A DNA stretch of 32,000 bases, from the NCBI GenBank assembly GCA_025359105.1, contig JANYHK010000041.1, forward strand, positions 127,821 through 159,820. Reading direction: 5' to 3'. Positions 7,816-15,052 of this stretch are shown in pieces (within the stretch, counting starts at the first letter, position 1; every line of letters starts with the position of its first letter). The notes beneath the pieces are model-generated. The model did not search any database. It was given only the letters and a program-made list of their open reading frames with translations, and was not told the DNA's origin. A program made the position numbers and the translations under genes. Origin of the DNA: Myxococcales bacterium (lineage in GTDB: Bacteria; Myxococcota_A; Polyangia; Polyangiales; Polyangiaceae).

Positions 7816-8744
7816 TGAAAGTCGCGCTTCCGGAAGACGATCGCGCTGACCGTGAGCAGCGCCGTCGCGTAGAAGACCGCCATGATCGCCGCCGTCCCCA
7901 CGAACGGCCAGGTCGGCGTCCCGCTCACCTCGCCGAGAAGGACCGGCCGCGGGGGGACGTACACCTGCAGGTTGGGGAACGCGAACGCGAGCCCGCGGCC
8001 GACGGAGTGGATCTCCTCGCCGAAGACGCGCGCCGGCAGGTTGGCGAGCGTGTCGGCGGAGCGGCCGACCAGGAAGACGCCGAGCGTGAAGATCGCCGTC
8101 AAGAACGGGGACGAGAACGACGAGAAGAACGTCGCCACCGCGGCGACGATGCCGACCTCGCACACCGTCAGGACTGCGCTCGCGACCACGAGCTGCCGTT
8201 CGCCGCCGGCCGGCGCCGCGAGCATCGCCATCGCCACGAACACGGCGACCGACCACGGCAGGAACACGAACACGCGCGTGTGCTTGGCGCGCACGAGCAG
8301 CACAGCGAGCACGGCGGCGAACGCCGCGAGGACGCCTACGATGAGCCCCGCGCTCACCTGCGCCTGCGTCGCCAGGATCGCGAGGACGGCGGCGCCGTCG
8401 AGCGCCACGAAGACGCCGAGCACCGCGAGCGTGCCCAGGTACTTGCCGAGCAGATACTCGTGGCGCCGCAGTTGCCGCGTCAGGATCGGGAAGACGGTTT
8501 TTAGCTCGATTTCGCGGTGCAAGCTCGTCGCCCCGAGGACGATCGCCACCAGCACGGCGTAGAGCGAGATCGACGCCGCTCCGACGTCTGCGACGACGCG
8601 CGCCTCCTGGTGGAGCGACAGCGTCCCGATGACGAGCGAGTAGCCGGCCGTTCCGAGCGCGAAGGCGAGGAGGCCGTAGAGCACACGGGCGCGGACGGCC
8701 TCGCGGTACGTGTTCAGGGCGATGACGAAGATTCGGTTCAGCAT
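7812..8744 (-). CDS. ABC-2 type transporter permease (NosY/GldF-like, COG1277-type)
   Basis: Typical N-terminus MLNRIFVIALNTYREAVRARVLYGLLAFAL, followed by about six hydrophobic segments along the length and a C-terminal amphipathic end. No ABC ATPase (Walker A or LSGGQ) gene lies next to it or anywhere in this window. Confidence 0.8.
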   Translation of the reverse strand: MLNRIFVIALNTYREAVRARVLYGLLAFALGTAGYSLVIGTLSLHQEARVVADVGAASISLYAVLVAIVLGATSLHREIELKTVFPILTRQLRRHEYLLGKYLGTLAVLGVFVALDGAAVLAILATQAQVSAGLIVGVLAAFAAVLAVLLVRAKHTRVFVFLPWSVAVFVAMAMLAAPAGGERQLVVASAVLTVCEVGIVAAVATFFSSFSSPFLTAIFTLGVFLVGRSADTLANLPARVFGEEIHSVGRGLAFAFPNLQVYVPPRPVLLGEVSGTPTWPFVGTAAIMAVFYATALLTVSAIVFRKRDFQ

Positions 8745-8798
8745 CCAGACGTCGCCGCTCGCACCAGAGGCTACCAGACGCTAGCAGAGGCGCCGCGT

Positions 8799-9452
8799 TT
8801 ATTGCGCGCGCGCGACGCGCCTTCCGGCGCCGCTCGTCAGGTAGGCGCGCACCCGCGCGGGCACAGCGAGCATCGCGCCGCGGACGCGCTCCTCGAACAG
8901 ATCGCGCACGATCCCTGGCCCGAGATCGACGAGCACGCCGTACGTGAGCAGCACCCTCGGGGCGCCCGACGCGTCGGTGAACGGCTCGTAGCGGAAGAAG
9001 CCCCACGCGTTTTCGATGCTGTGGGGCTTGGTCGGATCGAGCCAGAAGCGCAGCTCGTTCGGGGTCGGTGAGCGGCGGAGCCGAATCGTGTACGCCGTGT
9101 CGACGAACGCGTTGCCCTGATGGAGCTCGACGAACGTGTCGGGGCCGTTGCGGCCGACGAGCGTGGCGGTCTTCGTCTTCGGCAGGACGCGCGCGTACGC
9201 GGCGACGTCGTCGAACAGGTCGGACAGCTCGTCGGTCGTGGCGTCGAGGAGCGTGTAGGTGACGCCGCCGACGAGTCGCGCGTTGCGCTGCTCGAGGGTC
9301 TGCTCGCGTGTGACCGTCTCGCCGCGGAGAAGGCGTGCGGTCTCGTCGGCGCCGAGGACGTCGGCGCGCGCAGGCCGCGCGGCGGCGGCGACGAGGCCGA
9401 GCCCGAGGAGGACGATGAAGCCGATCAGGCGGATGGAGCGCTGTGCCCCCAT
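8799..9452 (-). CDS. Secreted SRPBCC (START/Bet v1/polyketide-cyclase-like) superfamily protein, putative hydrophobic-ligand binder
   Basis: I prefer ATG at 9452, which gives a good signal peptide (MGAQRSIRLIGFIVLLGLGLVAAAARPARA/DV). The track start at 9521 is a TTG. The body has the alternating beta/long C-terminal helix pattern of SRPBCC proteins (…VTYTLLDATTDELSDLFDDVAAYARVLPK…AWGFFRYEP…LTYGVLVDLGPGIVRDLFEERV). The family call comes from pattern recognition, not from a search. Confidence 0.55.
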   Translation of the reverse strand: MGAQRSIRLIGFIVLLGLGLVAAAARPARADVLGADETARLLRGETVTREQTLEQRNARLVGGVTYTLLDATTDELSDLFDDVAAYARVLPKTKTATLVGRNGPDTFVELHQGNAFVDTAYTIRLRRSPTPNELRFWLDPTKPHSIENAWGFFRYEPFTDASGAPRVLLTYGVLVDLGPGIVRDLFEERVRGAMLAVPARVRAYLTSGAGRRVARAQ

Positions 9453-9524
9453 GCCGGGCAGCCTAAGTTCGCCGCTCGTCCGGCGCAACGCGCGGGCGGG
9501 GCGCGCGACAATTGACGACAAGTT

Positions 9525-10499
9525 TCACAAGTTGACGACGATCCTAACCTTCGGACCGATCTGCAGCTCCACCGGGCCCCGCGCCTCGTGCAAGTCGCCG
9601 TCGATCATGTACTTCATGATGCCGTCGTCGCTCGTCACCCGCGCGATGCCCGTGACCGCCTCGAGCGTGCGACCGGGGCGCATCGGCTCGGCGCGCCAGA
9701 TGCGCGGCAAGTCACGGACGAACTGGAATGGCGTCGCGTAAATGCCCAGGATCTGGAACGCCTCCTGCCGCTCGCCGTAGCGTGGGAAGGGGCGGAAGTT
9801 CAGGCCGATGTGGTCGATCGAGCCCGCCGCCACGGCGAGGTAGTCGCGCGAGCTCCAGCGCGTTCCGTCGGGGAGCTCGACGGTGCCGCGGAACGGGGCG
9901 GCCATGCGACGGATCATCTCGCCGCCCACGATCGTCGAACCGACGCCGCGCAGCAGCGTCTTGGCGGCGACGAGCGGCGTGGGCTCGCCGCCTCGGTAAT
10001 ACTCGGCCAGGAATCCGCGCACGACGCCGGTTCCGAAGAGGAATCCGTAGTGATCGGCCCCCGGACTCTTCGTGAGATCCGTCGCGACGACGCGCATCAC
10101 GTGCCGCTCGGCGTGGCGCAATGGCTCGGTGGCACGCGCGGCGCACGCCTGCATCAGGCGGCCGAGGAGCCCCTCCGGCTTGCCCTCGCTCACCCCGACC
10201 GAGTTCGCGACGGTGTTCATCGTCCCGCCGCGCAAAAACGCGATCTGCGGGAGCTGACTGCCGCCGTAGACGTTGATGAAGCCGGTCAGCGTGACGTGGT
10301 TGGTCCCGTCGCCCCCGCTGATGCCGAGGACATCGATGTCGAGCCGCTTGAAATCCTCGGCAATCCGGTAGAGGTCGTCCAAAGTGCGAGCTTCTCTTAC
10401 AACCCCGTTGTCGCCCAGCTTGTGGGCGAGACGGCTGGCCGCCCGCGGGTCCCGGAGGTTCCTGCGGGAGCGGGGGTTGAGGACGATGCCGATGGTCAC
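9525..10499 (-). CDS. Diacylglycerol-kinase-catalytic-domain lipid kinase (YegS/BmrU/LCB5-like family)
   Basis: GTG start. N-terminus IGIVLNPRSRRN. The nucleotide-binding signature GISGGDGTNHV (GGDGT) is present, followed by LRGGTMNTVANS. The length of 324 aa is typical for the family. Confidence 0.8.
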   Translation of the reverse strand: MTIGIVLNPRSRRNLRDPRAASRLAHKLGDNGVVREARTLDDLYRIAEDFKRLDIDVLGISGGDGTNHVTLTGFINVYGGSQLPQIAFLRGGTMNTVANSVGVSEGKPEGLLGRLMQACAARATEPLRHAERHVMRVVATDLTKSPGADHYGFLFGTGVVRGFLAEYYRGGEPTPLVAAKTLLRGVGSTIVGGEMIRRMAAPFRGTVELPDGTRWSSRDYLAVAAGSIDHIGLNFRPFPRYGERQEAFQILGIYATPFQFVRDLPRIWRAEPMRPGRTLEAVTGIARVTSDDGIMKYMIDGDLHEARGPVELQIGPKVRIVVNL

Positions 10500-10623
10500 T
10501 GCTTCGATGTGTGCCGCGGTACGGCGCGACGGTCAAATATTTTCGAGGTTTAGCCTACCCCGTCGAACCCACCCTCCACGGCCGCCCTTGCGCCGGCCTG
10601 GGCCGCGAGGGCATAGGTAACGC

Positions 10624-11532
10624 ATGGATGTCGCCTCGCAAGTCCACGCCGCGCGTACGGCGGCCCTCTACGTGCCCGCGCCGTCGCTGGCCGTGCTCCC
10701 CGTGCGTGGCGCCGACCGGCGAACCTGGCTCAATGGCCTCGTGACCTGCGACGTCACAAAGCTCGAGCAAGGAGGCGCCAGCTACGGCCTCGCCGTCGCC
10801 CAGAAGGGGCGCATCCTGGCAGATCTCGTCCTGGTAGCCGAAGGTGACCGGGTCCTGGTCGTCGCGCCGGCGAGCGAGATGGACGCGCTGCGGGCGGCGT
10901 TCGATCGGTACCTCGTCATGGAGGACGCGGAGATGGGCGACGCGGGGGAGCTGTCCGTCGGCTTCGTGCATGGGCCCATGTCGGCCGCGGCGCTCGAAGC
11001 CGCGCGCACCGGCGGGGCCGTGGGCGGACTCTTCGACGTGACGGGTCTCGGCGGAGCCATCGTCCTCTGGCCGAAGGTGGCCGAGGCCGCTGTGCGTGAC
11101 AAGCTCGCGGCCGTCGCGGCGATGGGCGACGACGCCGGCTGGGACGCGCTCCGCCTCGAGCGCGGCATCCCGCGGTTCGGCGTCGACTTCGACGGCACGA
11201 TGTATCCCCAAGAGGCGTCGCTCGAGAAGCGCGCCGTGTCGTTCGACAAGGGCTGCTACCTCGGCCAGGAGGTCGTCTGCATGCTCGAGATGCGCGGCCA
11301 CGTGAAGCGCAAGCTGGTGTCGCTCGTGCTTGGCGCGGGCGAGGTGCCAGCCAAGGGGGCGAGCGTCACGACGGCCGCGGGCGACGTGGTGGGAGAGGTG
11401 ACCAGCGCCGCGCTCAGCCCGACGCTCGGCGCGCCGGTGGCGCTCGCGATGATCAAGTACGCGCACGCGAAGACGGGAGAGGAGCTCGCCCTCGGCCCGC
11501 GGGCTGCGACGATCGCCGAGCGGCCCGCCTGA
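10624..11532 (+). CDS. ygfZ: Folate-binding YgfZ/CAF17-family protein (GcvT-like fold; Fe-S cluster and tRNA-modification associated)
   Basis: The family signature K-G-C-Y-x-G-Q-E is present as FDKGCYLGQEVV. The protein has GcvT-like N-terminal and C-terminal barrel segments (RKLVSLVL…GDVVGEVTSAALSPTLGAPVALAMI) and is 302 aa long. Confidence 0.8.
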   Translation: MDVASQVHAARTAALYVPAPSLAVLPVRGADRRTWLNGLVTCDVTKLEQGGASYGLAVAQKGRILADLVLVAEGDRVLVVAPASEMDALRAAFDRYLVMEDAEMGDAGELSVGFVHGPMSAAALEAARTGGAVGGLFDVTGLGGAIVLWPKVAEAAVRDKLAAVAAMGDDAGWDALRLERGIPRFGVDFDGTMYPQEASLEKRAVSFDKGCYLGQEVVCMLEMRGHVKRKLVSLVLGAGEVPAKGASVTTAAGDVVGEVTSAALSPTLGAPVALAMIKYAHAKTGEELALGPRAATIAERPA

Positions 11533-11538
11533 CGGCGG

Positions 11539-12423
11539 TCAGAGCTTGCGCGCCAGGCGGTAGCTCTTTTTGCCGTCCTCGTCGTCGAGGGGCGTGACCT
11601 TGAGCATCTCGAGCGCGATTTCCTTGATGCGACCGTCCCGGTGCATCTTCAGGTAGAGGCGATCCTCCTCGCTCTTGAGGACGTCGCACTTGCCGAAGGC
11701 GAAGTGGTCCACGAGCGCGCCGGCCTCGGGGACGAGCGTAGCCTCCTCCTCCTTCTGCACGCGGACGGGCTTGAGCGGCATCGCCGTCGCGCCGCCGGGC
11801 CCTACGATGGTCACCGGGTTCTGCTTCGGAGGGGCTGCGGCGCTGGCGGCGATCGCCTCGTTCCATGCCGGCGGGGGTGGCGTCGTCGCGACCAGCTCGG
11901 GGCGAGGATCGCGCCGGGGAGCGGCAGAAGCTGCGGGGGCCTGGGCGGGGGAGGCCTGGGTGGGGGAGGCCTGCGCGGGGGCGTCGCTCTCGCCGAGGAG
12001 CCAGACTCTCGCAGCAGAATCGAGCGCGCGCGTCGTCGCGTGATCGTCGAATGCGGCGACGAGGAGCTCGAGCCCGACGACGCGCGCGCTCACGATCTCG
12101 CCGGCGAGCGTCTCCAGTCCGCGATCGGTCTCCCGCGCGAGCACCGCGCGCAGGCCAAGAGAGATGTCACCGCCGGCGAGGCCGACGCTCCCCTCGAGGG
12201 AGAGCACGTGCACCGGACCTTTGATGTGCCGCGCCGGCGCGAGGCCGCCGATGTCAGGGCCGTAGCCGCGCAGCGACACGTCCCTGAGCACGCCGCTGCC
12301 GCGTACGAAGCCGCACGTCACCGCCTGATCGCGTAGCTCGTTCACCAGCGAGTCGGGGAGCGTGTCGTTCTGGTCCGCGCGAACGACGAGATGGCGGACT
12401 TTCTCGGTCGAGAGCGATTTCAT
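11539..12423 (-). CDS. PPC/DUF296-domain protein with a Pro/Ala-rich linker and an unassigned ~70-aa C-terminal domain
   Basis: The ATG at 12423 overlaps the stop of the upstream OMP gene as ATGA (12420-12423). The N-terminal ~140 aa resemble PPC (DUF296): VRHLVVRADQNDTLPDSLV…GFVRGSGVLRDVSL…VHVLSLEGSV…LRAVLARE. The C-terminus (LVDHFAFGKCDVLKSEEDRLYLKMHRDGRIKEIALEMLKVTPLDDEDGKKSYRLARKL) matches no family I recognise. Confidence 0.65.
   Translation of the reverse strand: MKSLSTEKVRHLVVRADQNDTLPDSLVNELRDQAVTCGFVRGSGVLRDVSLRGYGPDIGGLAPARHIKGPVHVLSLEGSVGLAGGDISLGLRAVLARETDRGLETLAGEIVSARVVGLELLVAAFDDHATTRALDSAARVWLLGESDAPAQASPTQASPAQAPAASAAPRRDPRPELVATTPPPPAWNEAIAASAAAPPKQNPVTIVGPGGATAMPLKPVRVQKEEEATLVPEAGALVDHFAFGKCDVLKSEEDRLYLKMHRDGRIKEIALEMLKVTPLDDEDGKKSYRLARKL
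11941..11985 (-). repeat. Three degenerate tandem 15-nt units encoding a QASP(T/A) linker
   Basis: ctgggcgggggaggc / ctgggtgggggaggc / ctgcgcgggggcgtc on the plus strand. On the minus strand they translate to …PAQASPTQASPAQAP… within the linker of the PPC-domain protein. Confidence 0.7.
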
Positions 12424-13718
12424 CGTTTCTCCGGGCAGCCGTCGGGGAGCCCAGCGAAGTCCTCCGCCTGGGCAGGGCATTGGTCGTGGCGATCATCGAT
12501 GCCGTCCTTGTCGACGTCCTCGTCGGGGCAGGCCTCGTCGGAGAAGCCGTCGACGCTCTCGGGATCGTCGTCGCACGCGGGATTTCCAGGGCGCATCTCG
12601 AAGGCGGGCCGGGTGGCCGGCTTTTCGGGCTCGCACCCGGCCGAGGCGACGGAGCCGGCGTGGTGCGGGCAGCGATCGTCGCGGTCGAGCACGCCGTCGC
12701 CGTCGCTGTCCCTCTGCAGAGGTGTGTAACGGATGCCGAGCATGAAGCGGAAGCGCGGCGAGGTGATGGGGGCGTCGGTCGTGAACGGGCCACCGCCGCC
12801 CGCGTGGATGACGAAGTCGCCGCCGGCGATTGGGGCGGTGCGGGCCGCGATAGCCCATTCGGCGGGGAGGATGTGCTTGCCGTTGGCGGTGCTCACGAGG
12901 CCGTGATCGGTCGGCGTCAGGTCGTGCTGTGCGGAGAGGACCGGCATCGCGCGCGCCTCGACCATGACGCCCAGGAGATCTCGGCGCGGGAGCAGATCGT
13001 AGCCGGCGCCGATCCCGAGTACGACCTGCGAGCCCATACGCGCGCCGGCGAGCTCGGCCGTCGGGCGCAGGCGGGCGCCCAGCTCGGCGCCGGTGAAGAG
13101 GCGGCCGAAGCGCGCGTCCGCCGCCACGCTGGGGAGGAAGACGGCCGCGCGCTCACCGGCAAACTGGTCTTCGTCGCCGGTCGGGGCGCTCGTCTCGAGG
13201 CGCGCGGTGACCGACCACAAGGACTGGTGCTCCGCGCCCGTGCGCGCGCGCGGGACGATCGCGTACGCGGCGCCGAAGCGGAGATCGCGCACGGCGGTGT
13301 CCTGGAGGCTGGCGCCGCCGGTGATCGGCTCGACGCCTGCGCCCCCCTGTCCGAACGTCACGGGCAAGGCGACGTCGAGCTCGAGCCGGTTCGTCACGCC
13401 GTAGGCCCACAGGAAGGTGCCGTTGACCTGGTCGTTGACCGCGAACTGGTTGCTCCCGCCGGGCCCCGGGGAGGGGAGATGGAGCGTGATCGGGCGCGAG
13501 AGGTACGTCGCGTGGATGCCGAAGCCGACCTGGCCCTTGGCGACGGTCTCGGTGCCGCCGAGCGTCAGAAACTGCGACGGTCCGGCGTGCGGCCAGAGCG
13601 AGTCGCTGTTGATGCAGGTCGAGACGAGCGGGCTGCCACAGTTCTTCGTGGCGAGCGCGCGCGGGGAGATGCCGACGACAGCAGCGCCCACGAGCGCGAC
13701 GGTGCAGAGGCCTCGCAT
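12420..13718 (-). CDS. Outer-membrane beta-barrel protein with C-terminal thrombospondin-type-3 (Ca-binding) repeats and no OmpA-like peptidoglycan-binding domain
   Basis: Signal peptide MRGLCTVALVGAAVVGISPRALA. The ~330-aa body is rich in alternating strands ending with aromatic residues. TSP3-like Asp-rich repeats follow (DSDGDGVLDRDDRCP, DDDPESVDGFSDEACP, DEDVDKDGIDDRHDQCP). The protein then ends at …GCPEKR without the OmpA_C module that usually follows such repeats. Confidence 0.75.
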   Translation of the reverse strand: MRGLCTVALVGAAVVGISPRALATKNCGSPLVSTCINSDSLWPHAGPSQFLTLGGTETVAKGQVGFGIHATYLSRPITLHLPSPGPGGSNQFAVNDQVNGTFLWAYGVTNRLELDVALPVTFGQGGAGVEPITGGASLQDTAVRDLRFGAAYAIVPRARTGAEHQSLWSVTARLETSAPTGDEDQFAGERAAVFLPSVAADARFGRLFTGAELGARLRPTAELAGARMGSQVVLGIGAGYDLLPRRDLLGVMVEARAMPVLSAQHDLTPTDHGLVSTANGKHILPAEWAIAARTAPIAGGDFVIHAGGGGPFTTDAPITSPRFRFMLGIRYTPLQRDSDGDGVLDRDDRCPHHAGSVASAGCEPEKPATRPAFEMRPGNPACDDDPESVDGFSDEACPDEDVDKDGIDDRHDQCPAQAEDFAGLPDGCPEKR

Positions 13719-13751
13719 GTGCCGGACAAGCTACCACGCTTTTGGACCACT

Positions 13752-14273
13752 CTATGCACGTCGGATCTCGTAGACGACCATCTCTCCCTTCGCCGGCTGC
13801 ACGGGTTTCATCCCGATCTTTTCGAGCACACGCGCCGATGCCTTGTGCCACTGCGTCGTCCTCGCCTCGATGACGCTGCACTCCGGTTGCGCGAGCGCCC
13901 ACTCCAGCGTCGCCTTGAGCGCTTCGGTCCCGTAGCCCTTGTTCTGGCTGGCCTCGTCGATGCCATACGCGATCTCGCAGCGGCCGGTCGCGTCGGGGCG
14001 CCCGTGGAAGACGATGCTGCCGACGACGCGGCGAGGCTCCTCGCGCGTGATCATGAAGCGGTCGCCCCAAAGCCGCAGCTCGGGATCGGCGCGGACGGCG
14101 TCGAGCGACGCCCGGAACGCTTGCTCGACGAGGGCCCGCCCCGGCCACGCCCACGGCATCTCGGCGCCCACCAGCGCCTCGATCTCGGTCCGTCGTTTGC
14201 CCTCGAGGACCGCAATGGCGATGGGAAGCGTGATGGGTCGAAGCTCGAGGCGGGCGGTGAAAAGGACGGTCAT
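13752..14273 (-). CDS. GNAT-family N-acetyltransferase (RimJ/RimL-like)
   Basis: N-terminus TARLELRPITL and acetyl-CoA-binding region QNKGYGTEALKATLEWAL…ARTTQWHKASARVLEKIGMK, both typical of Acetyltransf_3/RimJ-type GNATs. 173 aa. Confidence 0.8.
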   Translation of the reverse strand: MTVLFTARLELRPITLPIAIAVLEGKRRTEIEALVGAEMPWAWPGRALVEQAFRASLDAVRADPELRLWGDRFMITREEPRRVVGSIVFHGRPDATGRCEIAYGIDEASQNKGYGTEALKATLEWALAQPECSVIEARTTQWHKASARVLEKIGMKPVQPAKGEMVVYEIRRA

Positions 14274-14404
14274 GTCTCAGGCTCCCCGACGGCGGCACTC
14301 GCCACGCGTCGCCCTTTACTTTAGAGCCAACGTCGGTCGACCGTAGCGGGCAAACGACGGAGGCCGTTCCATCCAGAGGACGGTTGCTATAGGACAGCTG
14401 CGCC

Positions 14405-15052
14405 GTGTCGCGCTCCTTACCTGAAGCCAGCTCGTTTTTGAGCGATGCGACGCCTCTCGTGCTCGGTAGCGGCTCGCCTCGCCGTCGGGAGATCTTGACG
14501 AGCCTGCGCGTCCCCCACGTCGTGCTCGCCGGTCAGGCGGACGAGACGGTACGCGAGGGGGAGCCGGTGGAGGCGTACCTCGCCCGCGTGACCCGCGCGA
14601 AGCTCGACGCGGTGACGGCCGCGCTGCCGGAGGAGCTCCGTGCGCGGGCGCTCGCCGTCCTCGTCGCGGACACCAGCGTCATCGTCGACGGCGCGATCCT
14701 GGGCAAGCCGGCAGGCGCGGACGAGGCGGAGCAGATGATCCGGCGGCTCGCCGGCCGGACCCACGAGGTGCGGACGCGCTTCGCCGTCGCCCGTCTGCCC
14801 CGCGCCGCGCTGGCGCCCCCGCTCCACGAGGAGACGGTCACGACGCGCGTGACCTTCCGCGCGCTCAGCCCCCGTGAAATCCGCGCCTACGCCGAGAGCG
14901 GCGAGGGGCTCGACAAGGCCGGCGGCTACGCGGTGCAGGGACTGGGCGCCGCGCTGGTGCCTCGCATCGAGGGATCGTACACGAACGTCGTGGGCCTCCC
15001 GGCCTGCGAGGTCGCCGTCGCGCTCCGCGAGACCGGGCTCCTCCCGACGTGA
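14405..15052 (+). CDS. maf: Maf-like nucleoside triphosphate pyrophosphatase
   Basis: LVLGSGSPRRREIL near the N-terminus, ADTSVIVDGAILGKP, KAGGYAVQGLGAALVPRIEGSYTNVVGLP near the C-terminus. GTG start at 14405. The stop overlaps the next gene's start as GTGA (15049-15052). Confidence 0.85.
   Translation: MSRSLPEASSFLSDATPLVLGSGSPRRREILTSLRVPHVVLAGQADETVREGEPVEAYLARVTRAKLDAVTAALPEELRARALAVLVADTSVIVDGAILGKPAGADEAEQMIRRLAGRTHEVRTRFAVARLPRAALAPPLHEETVTTRVTFRALSPREIRAYAESGEGLDKAGGYAVQGLGAALVPRIEGSYTNVVGLPACEVAVALRETGLLPT

Noticed and set aside
6627-8504. Very long plus-strand ORF (625 aa) antisense to the kinase, small membrane protein and permease genes. Similar long antisense ORFs occur at 17894..20065, 28284..30470, 23713..25473, 25641..27683, 12480..14324 and 121..975.
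   Set aside because: Their translations are dominated by Arg, Ala, Gly, Pro and Asp with no recognisable motifs. Each lies opposite a gene with a clear family signature. Long shadow ORFs of this kind are expected in ~70% GC DNA because stop codons are rare.
13847-13853. GCCACTG, which resembles the B12-box core of cobalamin riboswitches. It is of interest because the window encodes two B12 enzymes.
   Set aside because: It lies inside the GNAT coding sequence, far from kamDE and metH. No other cobalamin-riboswitch conserved elements surround it, so a 7-mer match is best explained by chance.
14274-14404. 131-nt divergent intergenic region between the GNAT gene and maf, considered as a possible small RNA or riboswitch.
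   Set aside because: It contains only weak, imperfect stems (for example around ggccgttcc…ggacggttgc) and no conserved riboswitch core that I recognise. It is most simply two back-to-back promoters.
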